Assembly (NCBI GenBank): GCA_951406725.2
Contig: OX597816.1
Location: forward strand, 179,180,001-179,244,000
Direction: 5' to 3'
DNA length: 64,000 bases
Source of the DNA: Octopus vulgaris
Lineage: Eukaryota
Part shown: piece by piece, positions 52,469-64,000 of the stretch
Numbering within the stretch: position 1 is the stretch's first letter
How the letters are laid out: the number at the start of each line of letters is the position of its first letter
Position numbers and translations under genes: made by a program
The notes under the pieces: generated by a model
Told to the model about the DNA's origin: nothing
What the model saw: only the letters and a program-made list of their open reading frames with translations
The model's database searches: none

Positions 52469-52637
52469 TACTCTTTTACTCTTTTACTTGTTTCAGTCAT
52501 TTGACTGCGGCCATGCTGGAGCACCGCCTTTAGTCGAGCAAATCGACCCCGGGATTTATTCTTTGTAAGCCCAGTACTTATTCTATCGGTCTCTTTTGCG
52601 GAACCGCTAAGCTACTTACCACACAGCCACTACTGCG

Positions 52638-52642
<5 letters not shown>
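52469..52642 (-). mobile_element. SINE family A, internally deleted
   Basis: Tail and head joined at AAG microhomology 52609-52611. Confidence 0.85.
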
Positions 52643-52945
<303 letters not shown>

Positions 52946-53977
52946 ATGCGGGCACAGGATGTCATGAAATGTGTACAACAAAAAAATACAAAGTACGAGT
53001 ACATGGAATATGAACTATTTTTTTGAACAACAAAAGACACAAATGGAAAACAAGACAAGCAACATAAAGACGACCCTTCATCCCTTGTTGGCTGATTTCT
53101 ACTCTCGTATTTCGAGCATTTAACAACAATATACACTTTCGATAAAACAGTTGCTCCTGCAAAGCAAAGTAAATCAAATTTGGGATTTTGCAGATGGTCA
53201 AAATTGGTAACACAAACAGGACAGTGAAAACAAACAGGAAGGGCTGCTAAGCCTAAACGAGGTTGTGGTGGCAAATATGCAAATCAAGGTTGGACAGGAG
53301 ACAGACAAGAACACGTCTTCCTTGTTCCAGCTACAACAGAGAGAAAGAAAGAAACGCAAGTTTGGAGAAGAAAGAATGATGGCCAATGGTCACGTGGGAG
53401 CCATGTGAGCAAGGGAGGAGGAGTGAAGGGGAGAGAGCGGCAGAATAATAGGATAGAATAGTGGGAGAAGAAGAGGTAAAAGAATAAGAGAGAGAAAGAG
53501 AAAGAAAGCAACGGCCATCTTTCTTTTTTCTCCTCACTTGTGTTTCTTTCTCTCCGTTGTAGCTGGAACAAGGAAGATAATACTGGCAGCTTATCTCTAT
53601 CTTTGTTCTTTTTATTTTTATTTCTTGTTTTACTTTACTTTCACTCTCATTCTTTCCGGCACCTATCCCTTGGCTTTCTTTTCCCTCACTCATAACCTAC
53701 CTCTATCTATCTTAATGTTTGTCTTTCTCACCCTATATAATCCACGGGGACCATTTGCATACTAGCTAAACACATAATCAACATGAATGCATCATTCGAA
53801 ATACTGCCTGGATCTACCTGGGATAATAGCTAAGGACCTTCACAGAAGTGTGGACCAACCTCTGCATCCTCTGGAAAAAGATGAACTGTGTACTTTCTTC
53901 ACCTGTCTGTATTCTATCGACTTTTACTCTTTATTCCTTGAATTTCCATGTCTAAAACTGCCATACATACTCACCTT

Positions 53978-54053
53978 GTCTCTGATGATGGAATACCCAG
54001 TGTACAGACATGGTACCCTATCACTTGGGATATTCCAGAAACAACTGTAAGAC
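53978..54053 (+). ncRNA. Type-I hammerhead ribozyme motif with extended stem II
   Basis: GTCT-CTGATGA-TGGAATA..CCCAGTG..CACTTGGG..TATTCCA-GAAAC-AACT-GTA-AGAC. Confidence 0.75.
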
Positions 54054-54859
54054 TTCAAATTCACCTTACCCTAATTAAAGTATTATAAATGGCATGAGAT
54101 ATTCATCCTGCCTGAGATTTTGTTGTCCTTTTCCCCTAATATATACCTGGTAACATGAAAACCTAAAACGGATCCCTAGGTCCAGCCTCAGCTGTGAACT
54201 TGGGACCTAATGGATGACCAGTTTTTGCACTTACTCATTCGTTTAGATCACCAGTGAACAAAACACATCATATTCTATATATATATATATATATATAAAG
54301 GGTGTATATTCCAGGTGGCAAATTCATTATAAATATTAACTTTATTCATTAATTTAATAACAAATCTTAAAGGAAATCTTTTGTTATTCCTCTGCTTGAA
54401 ATTTAGTGGAATTGAGTGTGACAGCACACCCAATACCACTAAATACAACAACCACCGAATGCCACTGATGTGCCTGCCTCCCTAAAACCTACCCACCCAC
54501 CCACTTTAAGGAGCATGCACTGCCTACACTTAACTGTTATTCCTAATGACATCTTTCAATTCCTTTAATAACAATTTTGCTTCCGTTATGATTTTCAGCA
54601 TTTGTTATTGTCATAACTAATCCATGGGGAATAACTCTTCCTTTCTTTTTTTTATATATTTTTTTCCATTAGATTTTCACCTCCTAATGTTTTCTCCCAA
54701 AACATCATTCCAGCCTTTTGCTACACTAAGTGAATCAGAAGTGTATGCATTTCCAGCGCCAAAAAGATTTGCTACTGCCAGCACCTCTGAAAAGTTATCA
54801 ACACTATAAAGTGATAATATTTGATGGTAGGTAAAATCACAACCTGTTATATGCCAAAT

Positions 54860-54992
54860 GAATTGACCCCAGGACTTTTCCCTTTTCTTGTTAAGACTAG
54901 TACTTATTTTATCGGTCTCTTTTCCTAAACCGCTTAGTTACACACCAACACTAGTTATCAAGTGGTAGTGAAAGAAAAACAGATACAAACAT

Positions 54993-55031
<39 letters not shown>

Positions 55032-55240
55032 ATGGGCTTCTTTCGGTTTCTGTCAACCAAATCCATTGGTCTTATTCATTCTAAATCCAACTCTGGTTGT
55101 ACTCCATGTAAATTCGGTCTGTAAATTTTTTATCTTTTAGTTCTTTTCAGTCATTTGACTGCGGCCATGCTACGACACCATGAACACACCAACACTGGTT
55201 GTCAAGCAGTGGTGGTGAACAAACACACACACACATATGT
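54860..55240 (-). mobile_element. SINE family A fragments
   Basis: Homology at 54860-55070 and 55138-55240. Confidence 0.72.
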
Positions 55241-55369
55241 ATGTATATGTATATATCATCATCATCATCATCATCATCATTTAGCGTCTGCTTTCCGCTA
55301 AATGATGATGATGATGATATATACATACATATGTGTGTGTGTGTTTGTTCATATATATATATATGTATG

Positions 55370-55470
<101 letters not shown>

Positions 55471-55660
55471 TATATAAAAGGGCTTAGTAAAATAAATTAC
55501 TTTGCCGCATACTGAACTCATTAGAAATAGCAGCCAAAAAGAACTTTTTTAAAAACTATTTCCAATACTTAAAGAAAATCTCTCTCAAATAGTGCTTGTT
55601 CAATTCAACTCACGAAAGTATGAGGGTAGAAACATTAAAAAATCAAATGCAAAGGTTATT

Positions 55661-55713
55661 TGAGAACGTACGTTTCAAGATTAGTCAAACTCGACACTTC
55701 TATCATCAGCTCA
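55661..55713 (-). ncRNA. Minimal type-I hammerhead motif (inverted copy of 56019-56071)
   Basis: Reverse complement of the plus copy. Confidence 0.68.
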
Positions 55714-56018
55714 GAATTCGCCTTAAATGGTCCCTTTGCATACTGAACACTTGGTGAAATTGATTAATTAATTAATATTACCCTCAATTGTTGAAATTAT
55801 AATTCATCTTTCTCTATTTAATGCCTCGGATTTTACCGAAAAAAAGCATGTTGTTTGTTGATTGTAACCCACGCTGGTGGAAGGGGAGAGCAGAAATTCT
55901 TCGCTTGCATATTTGAATTCGTTGGCACTGTTAGTTGCGAGTAGATCTTCGGAGACGATGGGAAACCGAATAGGTACGCTCCTGCTTTCAGTGTTTTCAA
56001 ATCCAAACCAGGGAGTTC

Positions 56019-56071
56019 TGAGCTGATGATAGAAGTGTCGAGTTTGACTAATCTTGAAACGTACGTTCTCA
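56019..56071 (+). ncRNA. Minimal type-I hammerhead motif
   Basis: TGAG-CTGATGA-stem II (AGA..GTC/GAC..TCT)-GAAAC-GTAC-GTT-CTCA, with palindrome ACGTACGT. Confidence 0.68.
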
Positions 56072-56434
56072 AATAACCTTTGCATTTGATTTTTTAATGT
56101 TTCTACCCTCATACTTTCGTGAGTTGAATTGAACAAGCACTATTTGAAAGAGATTTTCTTTAAGTATTGGAAATAGTTTTTAAAAAGTTCTTTTTGGCTG
56201 CTATTTCTAATGAGTTCAGTATGCGGCAAAGTAATTTATTTTACTAAGCCCTTTTATATAATGTAATAATTTGAATTCGCCTTAAATGGTCCCTTTGCAT
56301 ACTGAACACTTGGTGAAATTGATTAATTAATTAATTTTACCCTCAATTGTTGAAATTATATATATATATATATATTATTGGTGAATTGAAGAAATGGAGC
56401 TGAACGAAGATTGAACAGAAATCGTTTTATTTCA

Positions 56435-56514
56435 TTCTACACGTGTTTCGAAAGGCACAATTTACCAAAATCTGATTGAATAATGAGACCATATTGTGTC
56501 TTTCTCTTCAGGAA
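56435..56514 (-). ncRNA. Type-I hammerhead ribozyme (inverted copy of 56706-56785)
   Basis: Reverse complement of the plus copy. Confidence 0.8.
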
Positions 56515-56705
56515 GAAATAGGAAATCCATTAGAAAAAACAAAAACAGAACAGAGGCGGAGCAAAACAAATCGAACTAGGCTCCTAAGAGCCCATGGGCT
56601 CTTAGGAGCCTAGTTCGATTTGCCATGGGCTCTTAGGAGCCTAGTTCGATTTGTTTTGCTCCGCCTCTGGTCTGTTTTTGTTTTTTCTAATGGATTTCCT
56701 ATTTC

Positions 56706-56785
56706 TTCCTGAAGAGAAAGACACAATATGGTCTCATTATTCAATCGGATTTTGGTAAATTGTGCCTTTCGAAACACGTGTAGAA
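56706..56785 (+). ncRNA. Type-I hammerhead ribozyme, best-conserved copy
   Basis: TTC-CTGAAGA-GAAAGACACAAT..ATTGTGCCTTTC-GAAAC-ACGT-GTA-GAA. G-C pair at the stem II base, predicted cleavage after 56782. Confidence 0.82.
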
Positions 56786-57000
56786 TGAAATAAAACGATT
56801 TCTGTTCAATCTTCGTTCAGCTCCATTTCTTCAATTCACCAATAATATTAAAATTCAATTATCCGCACCAACGCATGGTTGCAACACCATATGGTTGTAC
56901 CTCCAACCGTGCTGTCTTCTGCTGTGATTTTTGCTACCAAGGTATCGGTTAAACTTTTGATTAATCTGCTACAAGATTATTCATCTTTCTATTTCACATA

Positions 57001-57059
<59 letters not shown>

Positions 57060-57101
57060 CATATATATATATATGTGTATATATATATGTATATATATAT
57101 G

Positions 57102-57133
<32 letters not shown>

Positions 57134-57224
57134 TATATGTAGGTCCCGGGTTGATTCGGGGTTAACCACAGTAAGTAAGGTACTCAATACATAGCAGAGT
57201 AAAATTAATTTATTATATAGAAGG

Positions 57225-57275
57225 AGCTTCTACAGGACTAGTACTGTTTCATTCAAGAGAAATCTTCAGGAAGCT
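57225..57275 (-). ncRNA. Type-I hammerhead motif (inverted copy of 60120-60170)
   Basis: Reverse complement of the plus copy. Confidence 0.68.
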
Positions 57276-57629
57276 ATTTAACAAGAATTGTATTAGCATT
57301 TATACATTTAGGCAGGTTTAAAGGAGTGGTGGTGGGGGACTTTTTTGGGGGTAGGCATAGCGCAAAATATCATACTTGGGGGAGTGGTCAAGGAGTCAGT
57401 GGTAAGTTAGATGAAAGAATGGATAAATAAAAATAAAAAAATAAAATAGAAAATAAAAAAATAAAAAAATAAAAAAATAAAAAAGTAAAAAAATAAAAAG
57501 TATATATAAAAAATATATATATAAAAAAAATATATATATAAAAAAAAGGGGGGATAGAGTTATAGGTAAATAAGGAGATTCTCACTTATACCTATACACA
57601 TATGTATACGTATCTACACACATATATAT

Positions 57630-57676
<47 letters not shown>

Positions 57677-57976
57677 TATATACACATATACATACATATC
57701 TACATACACACATACATACACCCGCCCACATATACAAATTTATACACATGCACATGCATATACCTGTCTACACATACACACACGTATATATGCATACACT
57801 CCCTCCCATGCATGCACGCATACACACATGTATATATATACCCACGACCACACATACATATATACACAGAAAAATATATATTCATACGCACATACACTCA
57901 TGCACACACAACACACCTAGTTCCCTATATACACATATTTACACCTATATATACATACACCCACATACACATATGT

Positions 57977-58015
<39 letters not shown>

Positions 58016-58114
58016 CACGCATACATATATATACATGTGTGCACATACATACACATACACATATACATACACATACACATACACATGTGTACCTATACAT
58101 ACCTACACATACAC

Positions 58115-58157
<43 letters not shown>

Positions 58158-58542
58158 CAAATACAGGCCCATTCCCTAATTTTAATTTTATTATCTTCAT
58201 TTATTACTTTTGTTATCTTTGATCGCTAGAGCTAAGGATCCTGGCTATGGCAGCATGTCCATTTGTCTGTCTACTAGAAGGCAAGTACTCATTCCCGCAC
58301 GCACACTCATTAGCACGTACATTCATCCATTCGTACACTCATACACATACACGTACGCACGCGTTATATTCATACATACAAACATCTACATACGTTCACG
58401 TATATACACATACGTACTCGTACCTACAGATTCGTGTCTACACTGTGCACGTGTATGGGTACGCATGTATATGTGTATGTGCGTGTATGTGTATACGTGT
58501 ATGTATGTATGTGTGTGCGTATATTTGTATATGTATGTGTGA

Positions 58543-58587
<45 letters not shown>

Positions 58588-58799
58588 TGGGGGTGTGTGT
58601 ATGCGTATAAATGCATGTAAGTATGGATGTATGGATGTATGTATGTACGTATACGTATGTATGTGTTTGTGTGTATATGTATGTATGTGTGTGTATGTGT
58701 GTATATATATATATATATATATGTGTGTATATATGTTTGTGTATGTATATATATGTGTATGTATGTGTGTGTATATATATGTGTGTATGTGTATGTATG

Positions 58800-58855
<56 letters not shown>

Positions 58856-59244
58856 TATGTATCTGTATGTAGGAGTATATGTGTGTGTGTGTATGTATAT
58901 GTGTATATATATATATATGTATATTTATTGGTGTATATGTATAGACTAGCCTCCTAAAGTGTAGACACGAATCTGTAGGTACGAGTACGTATGTGTATAT
59001 ACGTGAACGTATGTAGATGTTTGTATGTATGAATATAACGCGTGCGTACGTGTATGTGTATGAGTGTACGAATGGGTGAATGTACGTGCTAATGAGTGTG
59101 CGTGCGGGAATGAGTACTTGCCTTCTAGTAGACAGACAAATGGACATGCTGCCATAGCCAGGATCCTTAGCTCTAGCGATCAAAGATAACAAAAGTAATA
59201 AATGAAGATAATAAAATTAAAATTAGGGAATGGGCCTGTATTGG

Positions 59245-59285
<41 letters not shown>

Positions 59286-59384
59286 GTGTATGTGTAGGTA
59301 TGTATAGGTACACATGTGTATGTGTATGTGTATGTATATGTGTATGTGTATGTATGTGCACACATGTATATATATGTATGCGTG

Positions 59385-59423
<39 letters not shown>

Positions 59424-59723
59424 ACATATGTGTATGTGGGTGTATGTATATATAGGTGTAAATATGTGTATATAGGGAACTAGGTGTGTTGTGTGTGCAT
59501 GAGTGTATGTGCGTATGAATATATATTTTTCTGTGTATATATGTATGTGTGGTCGTGGGTATATATATACATGTGTGTATGCGTGCATGCATGGGAGGGA
59601 GTGTATGCATATATACGTGTGTGTATGTGTAGACAGGTATATGCATGTGCATGTGTATAAATTTGTATATGTGGGCGGGTGTATGTATGTGTGTATGTAG
59701 ATATGTATGTATATGTGTATATA

Positions 59724-59768
<45 letters not shown>

Positions 59769-60119
59769 ATATATATGTGTGTAGATACGTATACATATGT
59801 GTATAGGTATAAGTGAGAATCTCCTTATTTACCTATAACTCTATCCCCCCTTTTTTTATATATATATTTTTTTATATATATATTTTTTATATATACTTTT
59901 TATTTTTTTACTTTTTTATTTTTTATTTTTTTATTTTTTTATTTTCTATTTTATTTTTTTATTTTTATTTATCCATTCTTTCATCTAACTTACCACTGAC
60001 TCCTTGACCACTCCCCCAAGTATGATATTTTGCGCTATGCCTACCCCCAAAAAAGTCCCCCACCACCACTCCTTTAAACCTGCCTAAATGTATAAATGCT
60101 AATACAATTCTTGTTAAAT

Positions 60120-60170
60120 AGCTTCCTGAAGATTTCTCTTGAATGAAACAGTACTAGTCCTGTAGAAGCT
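60120..60170 (+). ncRNA. Type-I hammerhead motif
   Basis: AGCTTC-CTGAAGA-T-TTC-TCTT-GAA-T-GAAACAGTACTAGTCCTGTA-GAAGCT. 6-bp stem I and near-palindromic 16-nt stem III. Confidence 0.68.
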
Positions 60171-60199
60171 CCTTCTATATAATAAATTAATATATATAC

Positions 60200-60231
<32 letters not shown>

Positions 60232-60240
60232 GTGTATATA

Positions 60241-60293
<53 letters not shown>

Positions 60294-60295
<2 letters not shown>

Positions 60296-62068
60296 GGTGA
60301 CTCCGGATACCTACAACAGACTAGCCGATAACGCCATCACAGCTAAGTACAAGAAAGTAGACGACGCAGCGCTAACTGAAACCAACTTAGCCGGGAAAGA
60401 GATTGCCACCTCCCTTAAAATCGATGACCGAACCGAACCCCTGAGGGTGAAGTCCCCACACTTCACCCTGAAAGACCACAAAGACCATTTCGAAAATAAA
60501 CCGTCGGTCCGTTTGATTAACCCAACCAAGTCTGACATCGGATCCGTCAGCAAGAAGATCCTGGACAGGATTTTACCAAAAATGCGTGAAGCTTCACCTC
60601 TTCCACTCTGGAATAGGACCTCCGAGGCAATAACCTGGTTCCGGGATTTACCTGATAAAAGCAACACCCGATTCCTACAACTGGATATCGAGGATTACTA
60701 CGCCTCCATATCGGAGAGCTTGCTGATCGACGCGATTAACTTCGCCAGGAGGTCTTCCACCATCACCAAGGCCGAGCAAGATGTGATCCTCCACGCACGT
60801 AAGACTTTTCTTTTCTATGACGGATCCCACTGGATCAACAAAAAATCTGTGACCCCCTTCGACGTCAGCATGGGTGCTAACGACTCTGCTGAAATAAGTG
60901 AACTAGTGGGCCTTTTCATCCTCCATAGGCTGAAAACCCTATTCACAGGCCTCTCCGGTGGTCTTTACCGTGATGACGGCCTTTTCGCCCTCCACAAAAT
61001 AAACCCCAGGACCACAGATGGGTTCCGGAAAAATCTTTACACCTTCTTTAAAAACTTAGGCCTTAGGATTACCTTAGAATCCAACTTAACAAAAGCTAAC
61101 TTCCTTGATGTCACCCTCGACTTAAAAACCTCACTTTATTACCCGTACCACAAACCGAATGAATCCCTTAGATATATAGATATTAATTCCAACCACCCCA
61201 AAAATATATTAGATAACCTAGTAAAAAGTGTCTCAATTAGAATTTCTAGCCTGTCCGCCACGGAAGATATCTTTAAGGCCGCAGCCCCCTATTACAACGA
61301 GGCCCTGGCCCGCAGTGGCTTTAAAGATAAGATTACCTATACTAGTATAGCCCCACGCCAACCCAGGAAAAATAGACGAAGACACATTAGCTGGTACAAC
61401 CCCCCTTCAACCGTGAGGTCACTACACCTGTAGCTAAAATCTTCTTCACTCTCCTACAGAAACACTTCCCCACCCAACATAAGTACTACACTATCCTAAA
61501 TAAGAACACTATTAGACTCTCCTACTCTACCACGCCCAATCTAGCCAGGAACCTAGCCAACAACAATGTCAAAAAACTTAACATATCTACTTTTTCCGAG
61601 GCCCATCCAACGTCCGATAGCAATTGCAACTGCCCTGATAAAACCACCTGCCCCCTCAACAACAACTGCCTACAGAGGGACCTAGTATATACATGCAAGG
61701 TAAGATCAGGCCCTGACGATAAAAGAAAATCCTACATCGGAATGACGTCAAACAGCTTTAATACCCGTTGGTACGCACACACACACTCGTTCCGGCGACA
61801 GGATAAATCCAACCAAACTACCCTCACCGCCCACATCTGGTACCTTAAAAGGAACTCCATTCCCTTCAAGACCAAGTGGAAACTACTACAGAAGGCGCGC
61901 TCGTACACAGGAGGCCATACCTGCTGTGACCTCTGCATATCGGAGAGCCTAGAGATCTTGTTCGCCAAAGGCCCTCTCCTTAACAAAATCTCAGAACACT
62001 CCCCAAATTGCATGCATAAGAAGTATGCGAACTACAAGAACTATAGACCTACCCGGCAACCGGATTGA
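60294..62068 (+). CDS. Penelope-like element polyprotein: reverse transcriptase + GIY-YIG endonuclease (5'-truncated, one frameshift at about 61400-61405)
   Basis: RLINP, LDIEDYYASI, MGANDSAEISELVG, LYRDDGL, NFLDVTLDL and SNHP motifs. After the shift come CNCPDKTTCPLNNNC, LVYTC..SYIGMT..RWYAH and CDLCISE..LLNKISE. Confidence 0.92.
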
Positions 62069-62402
62069 TGACACCCCACCCACAAAACCCCCCCAATCCC
62101 ACCGTTCCCCTAGCACCCCCGATTACCTTTTCTCCTAAGACCTTTCACATATTGTATGTGCACGCTTGTATATGTGTATCGTATATATGTATAGAAATGT
62201 ATGGGTATAGTAGGAATATACGCATGTATTATGTGTGTGTGTGTGTGTATGTATGTAAAAAAATATATATATATGTATATGTGTATGTGCGTGTGTGTGT
62301 GTGTGTGTGTATATATGTATATATGTATATATGTGTGTATGCATATGTATGTGTATATGTATGTGTGTATGTATGTGTATGTATGTATAAAATATTATAT
62401 AA

Positions 62403-62602
62403 TTAGGGCTTAGTAAAATAAATTACTTTGCCACATACTGAACTTTCTAGAAATAGCAGCCAAAAAAGTTTTTTAGCCTCTTCCACTACTTAGAGAATAT
62501 TTTCCCTCAGACATTGTTTACTCAAAAAATAATGGTCCTTTTACATACTGAATACTTGGTGAAATTGATTAATAACTAATTAACTTTACCCTCAATTGTT
62601 GA
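62403..62602. mobile_element. Second copy of the 55466-type PLE pLTR junction
   Basis: agggcttagtaaaataaattactttgcc...agaaatagcagcc joined to aatggtcc...catactgaa...accctcaattgttga, as at 55480-55797. Confidence 0.8.
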
Positions 62603-62971
62603 TATACGTATGTGTGTGTATATATATGTGTGTGTATATATATATGTATGTGTATATATACATGTATATAGGTATATGTATGTGTGTGTATATGTATATA
62701 TATATATATATATGTATATGCGAGTATGTAGAGATATAAGTATGTGCATGTGTATATATATGTGTGTATATATATGTATAGGTATGTGTATGTGTATGTA
62801 TGTATATATATATGTGTGTGTGTATGTATGCATATATGTATGTATGTATGTATGTATATGTGTATGTATATATGTGTGTAAGTGTGTGTATATATGTATA
62901 TGTAAGTGTGTGTGCGTGTATGAGTATGTATATGTATGTTTGCACACATGTATATGTGTGTGTATATATAT

Positions 62972-63003
<32 letters not shown>

Positions 63004-63673
63004 GTATATGTGTGTGTGTGTATATATGTGTGTATGTGTATGTATGTATGTATATATATGCGTGTGTATGTGTATGTGTATATGTACATATACGCGTACG
63101 CTCGTGTGTTTATGTATATGTAGGTATGTAGAGTTATCTATGTGTGTATATATTTGTACATGTGTGTAAGTATGTATATATATATACGTGTATGTGTGTG
63201 TGTGTATATATATATATATATGTGTGTGTATGTACATGTATATATATGTGTATATATGTATGTATATATATATATATGTATATATATACATATATATGTG
63301 TGTGTAAGTTTATATGTATGTATCCGTCTATATAATAGGTAACTGCACGTACATATACTTAATATTTATTATTTATTTTTTGAGTATGCATGTATGAATA
63401 ACTGCGCATATATATATTTTACTATTTACTTATTTTTTGAGTATGCATGTAAGTATGAATATAAGGAGGCGCGTGTGTGTGTGTGTATGTGTAAGCATAG
63501 ATATATGTATACTTTTACGCATGGGTGTACTTATGTGTATATATGGATGCGCGCGTGTGTGTGTGTGTGTATGGGTACGCATGTACATGTGTATGTGCGT
63601 GTATGTGTATATGAGTATGTATGTATGTGTGTGCGTATATTTGTATATGTATGTATGTATATGTATGTGTGTG

Positions 63674-63754
<81 letters not shown>

Positions 63755-64000
63755 ATATGTATGTATGTATATGTATATGCGTATGTGTATGTATTTGTAT
63801 GTGTATGCATGCGCGTATATATATGTATGTATATGTATACGTGTGGGTGTGTGTATGTGTATAAATGTATGTATTTATGGATGTATGGATGTATGTATGT
63901 ATACGTATGTATGTGTATGTGTGTATATGTATGTATGTGTATGTGTGTATATATGTGTATATGTGTGTATATGTGTATATATATGTATATATATATATAT
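62603..64000. repeat. Complex (RY)n microsatellite tract (TA/TG/TATG)
   Basis: Direct reading. Confidence 0.92.

Larger units (their letters stand above)
56372..56848. repeat. Spacerless ~220-bp-arm palindrome (PLE pLTR fold-back) with a 31-bp duplication at the centre
   Basis: Centre GAGCCCATGGGCTC at 56594/56595. 56592-56622 is repeated at 56623-56653. Confidence 0.92.
57204..60191. repeat. ~3-kb palindrome: arms 57204-58444 and 58958-60191, 513-bp spacer
   Basis: The arms are near-identical reverse complements, which explains the mirrored ORFs such as 57388-57585/59813-60007 and 57602-58222/59173-59796. Confidence 0.93.

Noticed and set aside
57602-59796. Long Y/I/H/T/V/C-rich ORFs (also at 2307-2738, 52578-53274, 55147-55521 and 62065-63864)
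   Set aside because: These are translations of (TA)/(TG)/(CA) microsatellites, which rarely contain stops.

Overview
AT-rich, repeat-saturated animal genomic DNA. The tRNA-derived SINE families and RTE LINE match what I recall from Octopus, but that species call is inference. No host protein-coding gene is supported, so the window is probably intronic or intergenic. It contains three large RTE LINE copies plus many solo RTE 3' tails, more than 20 SINE copies from about four families, and Dong/R4-like, L1/Tx1-like and CR1/L2-like LINE 3' fragments. It also holds decayed hAT and mariner transposases, hAT, mariner and piggyBac-like MITEs, an inverted pair of non-autonomous Helitrons, and many micro- and minisatellites. 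The most striking part is 47.8-64 kb, a nest of Penelope-like element (PLE) pieces inserted in (TA)n tracts. It carries a nearly intact RT + GIY-YIG ORF (60294-62068) and three nested fold-back structures, including a ~3 kb palindrome. It also carries 10 minimal type-I hammerhead ribozyme motifs (7 distinct sequences) whose stem III is always palindromic or near-palindromic but differs between families. A further hammerhead-like core sits behind a tRNA-like Pol III promoter at 35.5 kb. Most ORFs in the supplied track are microsatellite or antisense artefacts. Coordinates were read by eye and may be off by a few bases.
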